Virus record (IMG/VR): IMGVR_UViG_3300045999_004281
Span: 1,819-65,818 of that record
Reading direction: 5' to 3' (one strand)
Source of the DNA: a virus
Lineage: Duplodnaviria; Caudoviricetes
Length of the DNA stretch: 64,000 nt
Shown: positions 9,113-18,850 of the stretch, in pieces
Layout of the letters: every line of letters starts with the position of its first letter
Numbering within the stretch: the stretch's first letter is position 1
Position numbers and translations under genes: made by a program
Notes under the pieces: generated by a model
Databases searched by the model: none
What the model was told of the DNA's origin: nothing
Seen by the model: only the letters and a program-made list of their open reading frames with translations

Positions 9113-9564
9113 AACTATCGATTATTGTTCCAGACGCTGCTGTTTATAAGGACGGCGTTGGCACGTTTCCCCTCACTTGGCAAGGAACACCCGATGATGT
9201 TCACGCGTTGCAGTGGTATGACGTAGTCGGAAACATCGAGTACGTTGGCGAGCGCCTGAACGAGGAGATTACTGAGCTGCCGGTGTGGGCGCAGAACGCG
9301 CTTGCCGCTTGGGAAGAAGCCAACGCCCCCAAGCCTCCCCCTGTGCCTACTGCAGCGGCAAACGGGGCCAAGGCTGCTTCTTTGCTCAGGGCAACCGATT
9401 GGGTTAACGAGCCTGATGTGTACGATCCTCTTGTGAACCCGCACTTAATGAACCGCGAAGAGTTTTTGGTTTATAGGAGCCAGATTCGGGACATTGCGAT
9501 TGACCCCCCTGCGGGTGATCTTGTTTGGCCCCCGATGCCCACGCCTGTTTGGAGCGCCGCATGA
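9109..9564 (+). CDS. Tail fibre assembly chaperone-like protein
   Basis: VHALQW...; C-terminal LLRATDW...YRSQIRDI...WP. Confidence 0.65.
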   Translation: MKLSIIVPDAAVYKDGVGTFPLTWQGTPDDVHALQWYDVVGNIEYVGERLNEEITELPVWAQNALAAWEEANAPKPPPVPTAAANGAKAASLLRATDWVNEPDVYDPLVNPHLMNREEFLVYRSQIRDIAIDPPAGDLVWPPMPTPVWSAA

Positions 9565-10706
9565 GCCTCGTAAAAGTAAACAGCATTCAGGACGCGTCTG
9601 GCGGTAGTAACGCTATTTTGTACGGGGCCGCTTCACCTGTCGGGTCGATGGGGTTCAGAAATCGGCTGATCAACGGCGGAATGGTTTTTGACCAGCGAAA
9701 GGTCGGGGCCAGTATTGCTTTCCCCGCAGGTGATGGAAATTATTGTCTGGACCGGTGGCGTTTACAGCGGCAAGGGGCCGCTACGGGCACGATTCAACGT
9801 GTCACCACAGCGCCTACGGGGTTCACTCACTCTCTAAAAGTGACGGTGTCTAGCGGTGCTTCGCCTAGCGCGACTGATTTTTTCACCGTCGGGCAAATCA
9901 TTGAAGGGCTTAACTGCGCGGACTTGGCGTGGGGCACTGCGTCTGCGGTAGCCGTCACGATCGGCTTTTGGATCAATTCCAGTATCACGGGTACGTATGC
10001 CGCCAGTGTCTACAACTGGGGTGGTGGTAGCGACGCGTACCCGGCGACATTCACGGTTAATGCCGCCAACACGTGGGAGTTCAAGACCGTCAACATCCCG
10101 GGAGCCACTGCGGGCACGTGGGCGGTTAACAACACCGGCAGTATCTACTTTCGGATTGATCTTGGTTCTGGCTCCAATTTCAACGGTACGGCGAATGCGT
10201 GGAATTCGTCTGGTGGGTTCCGCACCAGTAGTTCAGCCAACTTGATGGCTAACACTGGGGCGACTTTATATTTGACCGGGGTACAGTTTGAAGCGGGTAC
10301 TTTTACTACTGCCCCCGCTTTCGAACGACGAGACATTGGACGTGAGTTGATTTTGTGCCAGCGCTACTTTGAAAAGACCTACAGCCAAGCGTTTGCTCCC
10401 GGCGATACTTCAGGCTACGCGGGCGGCGCGTACCAAGGCGCGTTGTTCACCCTAAAGGGGAACACGGCTGGGGTGAATGAAGCAGGGGTTACTTGGCAGT
10501 ACAAAGTGGTTAAACGCGCGGTACCAATCATAACTTTTTACGCCCCTAATAATGGGGCAGCCGGAAATTTTACAGCGGGTTCAACTGCCAATGCTGCGGG
10601 TATCAACGGCCCTATCATCGGTGACAGCAACTCGCTGGCGTATGGAACGGCAGCGGCTGGCGGTAATGACTGCTATTTCCACATGACCGCAGAGTCGGAG
10701 CTTTGA
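9561..10706 (+). CDS. Tail fibre / receptor-binding protein with carbohydrate-binding-like domain
   Basis: [13 protein letters not shown]...LDRW...LTGVQFEAG...FERR...[11 protein letters not shown]. Confidence 0.75.
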   Translation: MSLVKVNSIQDASGGSNAILYGAASPVGSMGFRNRLINGGMVFDQRKVGASIAFPAGDGNYCLDRWRLQRQGAATGTIQRVTTAPTGFTHSLKVTVSSGASPSATDFFTVGQIIEGLNCADLAWGTASAVAVTIGFWINSSITGTYAASVYNWGGGSDAYPATFTVNAANTWEFKTVNIPGATAGTWAVNNTGSIYFRIDLGSGSNFNGTANAWNSSGGFRTSSSANLMANTGATLYLTGVQFEAGTFTTAPAFERRDIGRELILCQRYFEKTYSQAFAPGDTSGYAGGAYQGALFTLKGNTAGVNEAGVTWQYKVVKRAVPIITFYAPNNGAAGNFTAGSTANAAGINGPIIGDSNSLAYGTAAAGGNDCYFHMTAESEL

Positions 10707-10888
10707 GCATGTACAAACTTGTCCCTAATCGTTTTGGCGGGGAGCCGGTTATGGTTCAACGTCTTTCTGATACTGCGTATATTCCGTTTGACCTCGCCAA
10801 CACCGACTACCAGAAGTATCTAGCGTGGCTAGCCGAAGGCAACACGCCGCTGCCACCTGATGAACCAAACCAAGGAGCCTCGCAATGA
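10703..10888 (+). CDS. Small tail fibre chaperone
   Basis: [25 protein letters not shown] motif downstream of fibre gene. Confidence 0.75.
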   Translation: MSMYKLVPNRFGGEPVMVQRLSDTAYIPFDLANTDYQKYLAWLAEGNTPLPPDEPNQGASQ

Positions 10889-11988
10889 GCACCTACTCGC
10901 CTAGCCTCCGCATCCAACTGATCGCCACGGGTGATCAGGCTGGTACGTGGGGCAACACCACCAACACGAACCTCGGTACGTTGATCGAGGCGGGCGTCGC
11001 GGGCTACGTGTCCGTGTCCGTCACCTCGGCCAACCAAGCGTTCACGGCGCTGGATGGCGCTGCTGACCAAGCGCGCAACATGACGATCGCGCTGACGACC
11101 ACTACGGGCGCGGCGTTCAACGTCTACGCGCCGCCGGTGGAAAAGACCTACGTCATCTACAACGCAAGTCTTTATGACGCCACAATCTACAACTCTACAA
11201 TCATCGGCAACACTACGGCCGCTGGGGTGGGGGTGACGATTCCAGCGGGTAAGGTGATGACGGTGTGGACCGAGGGCACCAATTTCGCTGTCCAGAACAG
11301 CCATATCATCGGCACGGTGGTGGGCAACGTCACCGGCAACGTTACGGGGCAGCTCGACGGTTCTATTTCTTCTGCCACGACTGCGACCACGCAATCTCCG
11401 GGCACGAACACCACGCAGGTTGCTACTACGGCGTTTGTTGGCGCGGCTGTCACCGCCGCTACTGGCTCACTGGGCACGATGTCCACGCAGAACGCCAACA
11501 ACGTGAACATCACGGGTGGCACCATCACCGGCTCTTACGGACTGACCGCTGCAAACGCTACGAACGCGACGACTGCGACCAACCAGTCTGGGGGTACGGT
11601 TTCCGCCACCACCGGCAACTTCTCCAACGTCGTAAACATCAACACCGGGAGCGCCACGGGGGGCGCTGCGTTAGTTATCCAAAATGGTGGTGATTTACAA
11701 ATCAACAGCGCCGGTAACGCTTCGTCATGTATTTTGTACAGCGATGCTGATAACCGACTTTACGTTGGTACCAGCGCGTCTGGCATTATTTACGCCAGTG
11801 GACTAATCGGGCAGTTCTCGGGTACCACTGGCAATATTGGCGCGACCTTCTTTGACGCTTCGCAGCCCAATTACGGTAACGTCGGTGATACCGTGTCTGG
11901 TAGCAACTTCGGCCAGCCCGGCTCGTGGCTAATTTTGAACAAGGACACGGTCAACGCATACTTGTACTTTTTGGTGAGGACCTCGTGA
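10885..11988 (+). CDS. Tail fibre protein with N-terminal anchor
   Basis: [29 protein letters not shown]; ATTAFV and LGTMSTQNA fibre motifs. Confidence 0.75.
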   Translation: MSTYSPSLRIQLIATGDQAGTWGNTTNTNLGTLIEAGVAGYVSVSVTSANQAFTALDGAADQARNMTIALTTTTGAAFNVYAPPVEKTYVIYNASLYDATIYNSTIIGNTTAAGVGVTIPAGKVMTVWTEGTNFAVQNSHIIGTVVGNVTGNVTGQLDGSISSATTATTQSPGTNTTQVATTAFVGAAVTAATGSLGTMSTQNANNVNITGGTITGSYGLTAANATNATTATNQSGGTVSATTGNFSNVVNINTGSATGGAALVIQNGGDLQINSAGNASSCILYSDADNRLYVGTSASGIIYASGLIGQFSGTTGNIGATFFDASQPNYGNVGDTVSGSNFGQPGSWLILNKDTVNAYLYFLVRTS

Positions 11989-12371
11989 TGCACAACTTTG
12001 TAGAAATTAAGTCGCCCCAGTGGGCCAATGTCGAGCAGACGATGCTTGATCTTCAAGTGCGCGTCGAAGGTTCGGATGTGTTCGTTCCGTACTGCGCCAT
12101 GATGTGCGAAGAAGCCGTGCCCAAGGCTCTATTCGAGCAGGCGGTGGCTGGCGGGTTTGGCGCGATTGCCCCGGTATCTAGTGCTCGATACGCAGATAAG
12201 GCCCGAGGCCAGCGTGATCTGCTGCTCAAGAATTCTGACTGGACGCAGCTTCCCGACGTGCCACAAGCAACCAAAGACGCGTGGGCGGTTTACCGCCAAG
12301 CGCTGCGAGATGTGCCTGCGCAGTCTGGCTTCCCTTTCAACATCGTCTGGCCGACGGCACCTCGTGCGTAA
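11988..12371 (+). CDS. Tail fibre assembly chaperone
   Basis: RDLLLKNSDWTQLPDVP...WAVYRQALRDVPAQSGFP...WP. Confidence 0.85.
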   Translation: MHNFVEIKSPQWANVEQTMLDLQVRVEGSDVFVPYCAMMCEEAVPKALFEQAVAGGFGAIAPVSSARYADKARGQRDLLLKNSDWTQLPDVPQATKDAWAVYRQALRDVPAQSGFPFNIVWPTAPRA

Positions 12372-12380
12372 GGAGTCCCC

Positions 12381-12875
12381 ATGGAATGGCTCAAGCAAAT
12401 CGCCCCGACTGTTGCAACTGCGTTGGGCGGCCCTCTTGCGGGCATGGCGGTCTCTGCCATTTCCAAAGCTATCGGCGTGGACGAAAAAGAAGTCGGGGAT
12501 CTGATCAACAACAATAAGCTGACAGCCGACCAAATCGCGCAAATCAAAGTCGCTGAGATTGAGCTGCAAAAACAGGCGCAAGAGCTCGGGCTGAACTTTG
12601 AGAAGCTGGCGGTGGACGACCGCAAAAGCGCCCGGGATATGCAGATGGCGACCCGTTCTTGGGTTCCGCCTCTGCTCGCGGCGTCGGTGACCGTGGGCTT
12701 CTTCGCCATCCTTGGCGGCATGATGTTTGGCAAGATGAGCGTGGCCGACAACACGGCGCTCACCATGATGCTCGGCTCCCTCGGCACCGCGTGGACCGGC
12801 ATCATTGCCTACTACTTTGGTTCGTCTGCTGGGTCGCAAGCTAAAACTGAGATGCTGTCCAAGGGTGCCAAATGA
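12381..12875 (+). CDS. Holin-like membrane protein
   Basis: APTVATALGGPLAG...DRKSARDM...two TM helices...YYFGSS; immediately upstream of endolysin. Confidence 0.65.
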   Translation: MEWLKQIAPTVATALGGPLAGMAVSAISKAIGVDEKEVGDLINNNKLTADQIAQIKVAEIELQKQAQELGLNFEKLAVDDRKSARDMQMATRSWVPPLLAASVTVGFFAILGGMMFGKMSVADNTALTMMLGSLGTAWTGIIAYYFGSSAGSQAKTEMLSKGAK

Positions 12876-13387
12876 AAGAGAACTTCCTCGACGCTCTAGC
12901 TGCCGTACTTCACCATGAGGGCGGGTTCGTCAACCACCCGAAAGACCCCGGGGGGATGACCAATCTAGGGGTCACCAAACGGGTCTGGGAAGAGTGGGTT
13001 GGCCACGAGGTCGATGAGAAAACCATGCGAGGGTTAACCCCCGAACTGGTCGCCCCGATGTACAAGACCAAGTACTGGGACCGCATCCGGGGTGACGATC
13101 TGCCTGATGGTGTCGACTATGCCGTGTTCGACGCCGCCATCAACTCTGGCCCCGGGCGTGCGGCCAAGTGGTTGCAACAGGTAGTCGGAGCAGTGCCGGA
13201 TGGGGCTATCGGCGCGGGCACCTTGGGCAAGGTAACAGCTATGCCTGCGAAAGAGATTGTGGAAAAATACCAGCAAACCCGTCTGGATTTTCTTGAGTCG
13301 CTTCCCACTTGGGACACCTTCGGCAAAGGCTGGGGTCGACGGGTCCAAGAAGTCCAAGTCGCCGCCCTTGAGATGGTGACCGCATAA
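12872..13387 (+). CDS. Endolysin, glycoside hydrolase family 108 with C-terminal PG-binding domain
   Basis: HEGGFVNHPKDPGGMTNLGVT, FDAAINSGPGRA, FGKGWGRR. Confidence 0.92.
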   Translation: MKENFLDALAAVLHHEGGFVNHPKDPGGMTNLGVTKRVWEEWVGHEVDEKTMRGLTPELVAPMYKTKYWDRIRGDDLPDGVDYAVFDAAINSGPGRAAKWLQQVVGAVPDGAIGAGTLGKVTAMPAKEIVEKYQQTRLDFLESLPTWDTFGKGWGRRVQEVQVAALEMVTA

Positions 13388-13396
13388 GGAGGCACC

Positions 13397-15361
13397 GTGC
13401 CTTTACAAAAGCTCCAGCTACGCCCCGGCATTAACCGCGAATCCACCTCTCTCGCCAACGAAGGCACTTGGTTCGAGATGGACAAGGTGCGCTTTCGCTC
13501 GGGCTATCCGGAGAAGGTTGGCGGGTGGACGCTCGACACTGGCACGCAGGCTTCCGGCCTCATGCCCCCGACCGGTTCGTTCTGGGGGGTGTGCCGCGCC
13601 CTTTTTAACTGGGTGACGATCGCGGGCTTCAACCTCATGGGGTTGGGGACAAACCTGAAGTACTACATTCAGCAGACTGCTGGCGGTAACTTTTACGATG
13701 TCACGCCGTTGCGTGATGTCAACGTCGTCGCGGCCAACGCCTTCACGACAACCAATGGCTCTACCACGGTCGTCGTGAACGACGCGGGTTATGGTGCGCA
13801 AGACGGCGACTTCGTCACGATTTCCGGTGTCGTCGGCGCAGTCAACGGTATCCCTGCCGCTGCGCTGAACCAAGAGTTCCGCATCACCTACATTGACACA
13901 AACACCTACAGCATCACGGTCTCGTCACCCGCTACATCTACTGGTACCACCGGTGCCGCAACATTCTCATATCAGATTGAGACTGGCGGTGAGGTGTACA
14001 CGGTTGGTGTGGGGTGGGGCGCGGGTGGCTGGGGTGGCGTGACGACAGGCTTCCCGTCCACTGGTTGGGGCTCTGCGTCCGCTGGTGGTGTGGGTGTCGG
14101 CGTTCAGCTTCGCCTGTGGAGCCAAGACAACTTCGGCGATTATTTGGTGATGAACCCCCGGGGCGGGGCCATTTATTTGTGGGTGCCGTCCGCTACACCG
14201 ACGGTGTACAACCGCGCGCAGGTACTGTCACCCACCAACGTCAACACACAGGACGGCATCGCGTACTGGACGACCGATGCGGATTGCCCCACGGTGGCTA
14301 ACATGGTCGCCACGTCGGATACCTCGCGCTTTGTGATTGCGTTTGGCTGCAACGAACCCGGCTCGACTGTGTTGGATCCGCTGCTGATCCGCTGGTCCGA
14401 TCAAGAGGACTACAAGGTCTGGGCTCCGGCGGCTACCAATCAAGCAGGTAGCTATCGCCTGAACATCGGCTCGTCCATCGTGGCGGAGTTGCAGTCTCGT
14501 CAGGAGATCTTGGTCTGGACCGACGCAGCGCTGTACTCCATGCAGTACCTCGGCCCTCCGTATGTGTGGGGCTTCCAGATTCTGGCGGACAACATCTCCA
14601 TCATCAGCCCGAACGCTCGGGCCACGGCGGCCAACGTCACGTACTGGATGGGCTTTGACAAGTTTTACATGTACTCCGGTCGTGTTGAGACCTTGTACTG
14701 CCCCCTGCGCCAGTACATCTTCGGCAACATCAACCTAGAACAGCAATACCAGTTTTTCGCTAGCACCAACGAGGGATTCAACGAAGTCTGGTGGTTCTAC
14801 TGTTCTGCGGGATCAACGGTGATTGACCGTTACGTCATCTACAACCATCTGGAGAAGATCTGGTCGTACGGCAATTTGTCGCGTACCGCGTGGGTGGATA
14901 GCCCCCTGCGTGAAAGCCCGAGCGCTGCGGGCTACAACGGTCAACTGATCTACCACGAGGATGGCGTAGACGACGGTACGACCAACCCTCCTAGCCCCAT
15001 CAGCGCGTACATTCAATCAGCCGATTTCAACCTTGGAGACGGGCATAACTACGGATTTGCGTGGCGCATGATCCCGGACATCACGTTTGACGGGTCTACC
15101 GTCAACAACCCGCAGGTCACGTTCACGTTGCGCCCCCGCCAGAACCCCGGTTCCAACTATGGGGTTGGGGATACCCCAGCGGTGATCAGCGCGCAGAACT
15201 ACCAAGCCCAGCGCAACTACACCGTGCAGGAGTTCACCCAAATCGTGTACACCCGCATCCGTGGTCGGCAGATGGCGTTTAAGGTCAGCTCGGACGGACT
15301 GGGCGTGCAGTGGCAGCTTGGTGTTCCGTCTATCGATGTCCGCCCCGACGGCCGCAGGTAA
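13397..15361 (+). CDS. Tail nozzle / DNA-stabilisation protein
   Basis: 654 aa, beta-rich; DKVRFRSGYPEKVGGW, IRWSDQED; position just before ejection genes as in podoviruses. Confidence 0.7.
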   Translation: MPLQKLQLRPGINRESTSLANEGTWFEMDKVRFRSGYPEKVGGWTLDTGTQASGLMPPTGSFWGVCRALFNWVTIAGFNLMGLGTNLKYYIQQTAGGNFYDVTPLRDVNVVAANAFTTTNGSTTVVVNDAGYGAQDGDFVTISGVVGAVNGIPAAALNQEFRITYIDTNTYSITVSSPATSTGTTGAATFSYQIETGGEVYTVGVGWGAGGWGGVTTGFPSTGWGSASAGGVGVGVQLRLWSQDNFGDYLVMNPRGGAIYLWVPSATPTVYNRAQVLSPTNVNTQDGIAYWTTDADCPTVANMVATSDTSRFVIAFGCNEPGSTVLDPLLIRWSDQEDYKVWAPAATNQAGSYRLNIGSSIVAELQSRQEILVWTDAALYSMQYLGPPYVWGFQILADNISIISPNARATAANVTYWMGFDKFYMYSGRVETLYCPLRQYIFGNINLEQQYQFFASTNEGFNEVWWFYCSAGSTVIDRYVIYNHLEKIWSYGNLSRTAWVDSPLRESPSAAGYNGQLIYHEDGVDDGTTNPPSPISAYIQSADFNLGDGHNYGFAWRMIPDITFDGSTVNNPQVTFTLRPRQNPGSNYGVGDTPAVISAQNYQAQRNYTVQEFTQIVYTRIRGRQMAFKVSSDGLGVQWQLGVPSIDVRPDGRR

Positions 15362-15364
15362 TCC

Positions 15365-16234
15365 ATGGCTCGCTTAATTAATGCGGTCCCGCCTCGGCTG
15401 CTGAACGCTCCGACGGCGTACGAGACCCGGTACCACGACCAGAACAACGACGTTCTGCGGCTGTACTTCAACCAGCTCGCGGGCAATTTGGGTGCGTTGC
15501 TGGGTGACAGAGGTGGCAAGTGGTTGGACATTCCGTATGGGGCGTTCCAAGATGACACGGATCAGACTGATGGCTCGACCGCTGTGGCGTACTACATGCG
15601 GTTCAACACCACGGACTTCAGTAACGGCGTTACCGTAGTGAGCCATTCGGCGGTGGTTACCGGCAGTATCGCGCTGACCACGCTCACGGTGTCCGCTGTG
15701 ACTTCTGGGTCGATATATCCGTCGATGCAATTCACGGGAACTGGGGTGACGGCGGGCACCCGGATCGTGGCGCAGCTTACGGGCACCCCGGGTGGAATCG
15801 GCACGTACACGGTCAACATCTCCCAAACAGTGGCGTCCACCACGCTCACTGGCTCGTTGCCGTCCAAGCTTACTGTTGCGCAGCCCGGTATTTACAACCT
15901 TCAGTTTAGCGCGCAGTTCATTAATACAACCAATGACGTGCAAGAAATCAGTATTTGGTTCCGGGTCAACGGTGTGGATGTCCCGGGGTCAAACAGCGAG
16001 TTTGGCATCGCCCAGCGCAAAAGTACCGGAACTCCGAGCCGTTTAATTGCGACGTTGAATTATTTCGTCTCTCTTGAAGCTGACGACTACGTGGAGATCA
16101 TGTGGCGCGTCAGTGATTCGGGGGTTTCCTTGGAGCACTTCCCAGCGGTGGTCGCCAGCGGTTCTACACCCGCTATTCCGGCCACACCCTCAATCATTGC
16201 GACACTTTCGTTTGTGTCTAACCTACCCCCATGA
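15365..16234 (+). CDS. Tail needle/plug-like structural protein
   Basis: N-terminal LRLYFNQL helix; C-terminal beta domain ([10 protein letters not shown]...DDYVEIMW). Confidence 0.6.
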   Translation: MARLINAVPPRLLNAPTAYETRYHDQNNDVLRLYFNQLAGNLGALLGDRGGKWLDIPYGAFQDDTDQTDGSTAVAYYMRFNTTDFSNGVTVVSHSAVVTGSIALTTLTVSAVTSGSIYPSMQFTGTGVTAGTRIVAQLTGTPGGIGTYTVNISQTVASTTLTGSLPSKLTVAQPGIYNLQFSAQFINTTNDVQEISIWFRVNGVDVPGSNSEFGIAQRKSTGTPSRLIATLNYFVSLEADDYVEIMWRVSDSGVSLEHFPAVVASGSTPAIPATPSIIATLSFVSNLPP

Positions 16235-16268
16235 TAGACTTAATCAACCCCCTTTCCGCGAGGCGCTC

Positions 16269-18389
16269 ATGAGCCTGCAACTTGCCGCACAACACCTTGC
16301 CGCCAAGGGCCGAGGCCCGGATACCACGCTCGTTCACATGTCCCCCGGCGAGGTCGCAAGCCTGCAATCGCTGGCGCGCGCAAACGGCGGTACGCTGACT
16401 GTCAACCCCGACACTGGCCTACCTGAAGCTGGGTTTCTCTCCGCAATTCTTCCGATCGTTGCTGGCGCAGCACTTGGCCCTGCGGGGCTTGGTCTGACCG
16501 CGATGCAGGCAGGTCTTGCTGCGGGCGCTGTCGGAACGCTCGCCACCGGCAGCCTACGCAAGGGTCTGATGGCCGGTCTTGGCGCTTATGGTGGCGCGGG
16601 CTTGATGGGCTCCGTCACGGGCGCGGGCAACGCGGCCGCCTCGGGCATGGCCTCCGCTGAAGCTGCGGCCGCTGGTGAAGCCGCTGCTCGTCAAGCGCTG
16701 GTTCCGTCTGGTATCCCTGCGGCACCCGTCGCTCCCGTCGCCACTCCGGCCGCCGCTGTTCCGGCAGAGTACGCCGGGTTCGGCCCGACTGCTACTCAAT
16801 ACGGTGCGTTTGGCGAGGCTCCGCTCGGCGTGGCCCCCGCACCCGTTGCACCGGTGGCCACCGCCACCCCTGCCCCTTCGCTCGAAACCGCTGTGGTCCG
16901 CGCACCCGGTACGGCTCCCACCTACGAACAAATGCGTGCTGCTGGTTTCTCTGACGCGGACATTGCTCAGAACGCCCGGGAACATGCAGCGAACCTCAAG
17001 GGCACCGCGCAGGATCCGTTCTCCCAAGCTACGCGTGACGCGATGGCCAGCCCCGCCAAGACTGGTCTGTCTGCAGTGATGAAGGATCCGAAGCAGCTCT
17101 TCACCAAAGCGAACATGCAGTATGGGTTGGCTGCGCTTGCCCCGCTCATGTTGCAAGAGCAGAAGAACGAAGCCCCTGCTGGTAGCGGCCCCAACCCGTA
17201 TCAGTACGCGTACAACCCGGGCCGCGTTGCAAACCCGCAGCGTACCGGCGGTGTTGGCGAATATGAGTACTTCCGCCCGTCTTACACGCGTCTGGCGGCT
17301 GGTGGTCCGGTTGAGGCCATGTCTGACCGCAACATGCAAGAAACCTTTGTCACCAACGGCGGCCGGTTCTTTGCTGAGGGTGGAGCCACTGACGTGCCGA
17401 AGTACGTTTATGACCCGGTCACCCAAACATACAAGGACACGACCAACGTACAGCCTGTACAGACGGTGACGCGGATGCCGGGCGCGCCGGGTGCTTATGA
17501 CTCCAGCATGGGCGGTGCAGAGCCAAACAACCCGGGTTGGTCGCAATTGACCCCTTCGCAGCAGGCGGCTTTCTACGCAGCGAACCCAACATTTAGCGCG
17601 GTCACACAGTTCGGCCAAGGTTTGTTCGGTCTGACTGCGCTGGGACAACTGCAAAACGCGCTTGTGCCTAACTTTGTGCAGCAACAACAGATGATTGCCA
17701 AAGGCATTGACCCTAACGGCATGGCGGGGCTGTCTCCACAACAGCAGGCCAACGTCAACGCCGCACTCAGCGGGTATCTTGAAAGCTCTATGAACCAAGC
17801 AGGCCCTGCTGTAACCGGTGGGTACGACGCTGGTGGTTTTGGTGCTTACGGCGAGAACGTTGCTCCCGGCGGTGGTGGTGTTGAGGTCGGCGGCCCGATT
17901 AGCTCGGGTGATGTAACCGGTGTCGACATCGGGTCTATCGGCGGGGCTTCGATTGGCGATGCTGTTGCGGGTATCTCCGCAGCCGACGTTTCGGCCGCTG
18001 CTGACGCGGCCGCCGCTGCGGATGGTGGTGGCGGTGGCGGTGGTGGAGACGGCGCGGACTACGCACGTGGCGGTCTGTCCGCTGCCTACGCTCGTGGCGG
18101 CTATCACCTCGGCGACTACTCCGATGGTGGCCGACTGCTGCGCGGCCCCGGCGATGGTGTGAGCGACTCGATCCCAGCCACCATCGCTGGCAAGCGCCCG
18201 GCTCGGTTGGCCGACGGCGAGTTCGTGGTGCCTGCTCGCATCGTCTCGGAGTTGGGCAACGGTTCGACCGAAGCCGGTGCACGCAAGCTGTACGCGATGA
18301 TGGATCGTATCCAGAAGGCGCGCCGCAAGTCTGTCGGCAAGGGGAAAGTTGCCGTGAACAGCCGCGCCGATAAGCTGCTTCCGGCATGA
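16269..18389 (+). CDS. Ejection (internal virion) protein 1
   Basis: G/A-rich with hydrophobic segments; N-terminal GRGPDT..H.SPGE...NPDTGLPE domain; C-terminal GPGDGVSDSIPA...DGEFVVP domain; start at ATG 16269 after GAGG. Confidence 0.7.
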   Translation: MSLQLAAQHLAAKGRGPDTTLVHMSPGEVASLQSLARANGGTLTVNPDTGLPEAGFLSAILPIVAGAALGPAGLGLTAMQAGLAAGAVGTLATGSLRKGLMAGLGAYGGAGLMGSVTGAGNAAASGMASAEAAAAGEAAARQALVPSGIPAAPVAPVATPAAAVPAEYAGFGPTATQYGAFGEAPLGVAPAPVAPVATATPAPSLETAVVRAPGTAPTYEQMRAAGFSDADIAQNAREHAANLKGTAQDPFSQATRDAMASPAKTGLSAVMKDPKQLFTKANMQYGLAALAPLMLQEQKNEAPAGSGPNPYQYAYNPGRVANPQRTGGVGEYEYFRPSYTRLAAGGPVEAMSDRNMQETFVTNGGRFFAEGGATDVPKYVYDPVTQTYKDTTNVQPVQTVTRMPGAPGAYDSSMGGAEPNNPGWSQLTPSQQAAFYAANPTFSAVTQFGQGLFGLTALGQLQNALVPNFVQQQQMIAKGIDPNGMAGLSPQQQANVNAALSGYLESSMNQAGPAVTGGYDAGGFGAYGENVAPGGGGVEVGGPISSGDVTGVDIGSIGGASIGDAVAGISAADVSAAADAAAAADGGGGGGGGDGADYARGGLSAAYARGGYHLGDYSDGGRLLRGPGDGVSDSIPATIAGKRPARLADGEFVVPARIVSELGNGSTEAGARKLYAMMDRIQKARRKSVGKGKVAVNSRADKLLPA

Positions 18390-18850
18390 CAGTTCAGTAC
18401 GTCGTAGAGGACCCAGCGACTTTCATCGAGGAGATGAAAGCCATACTGCCCCTCCACTACGACGAACTGTGTGTAACTAAGGACTTCCCGCTGATGCCTG
18501 ACTACGAGGCGTACGGGAAGTTGTACATGGCAGGGATGCTTCGGTGCATCACCGCCAGAGATGAAGAAGGATTGGTGGGGTACGTCATCTTCATCGTGCA
18601 GCCGCATCTGCACTACATGACGTGCAAGACAGCTTTTGAGGACATCTACTTCCTCAAGAAAGAACATCGACTGGGGCGTACCGGCATTCGGCTCTTCCAG
18701 TTTGCAGAAGAGGCACTTCGTGCTGATGGTGTGAACCGCATCATCTTCCACACGAAGGTGCATTTGGATAATTCGCGGCTATTCGAGTACTTGGGCTACA
18801 AGCACACGGACAAGCTGTACACGAAGATTTTGAGTACGGAGTCGGTATGA
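18386..18850 (+). CDS. GNAT-family acetyltransferase
   Basis: LVGY...EDIYFLKKEHRLGRTGIRL (motif A)...LFEYLGY (motif B). Confidence 0.85.
   Translation: MTVQYVVEDPATFIEEMKAILPLHYDELCVTKDFPLMPDYEAYGKLYMAGMLRCITARDEEGLVGYVIFIVQPHLHYMTCKTAFEDIYFLKKEHRLGRTGIRLFQFAEEALRADGVNRIIFHTKVHLDNSRLFEYLGYKHTDKLYTKILSTESV

Noticed and set aside
6846-12371. Diversity-generating retroelement or invertible fibre cassette
   Set aside because: No reverse transcriptase, invertase or TR/VR repeat pair seen.
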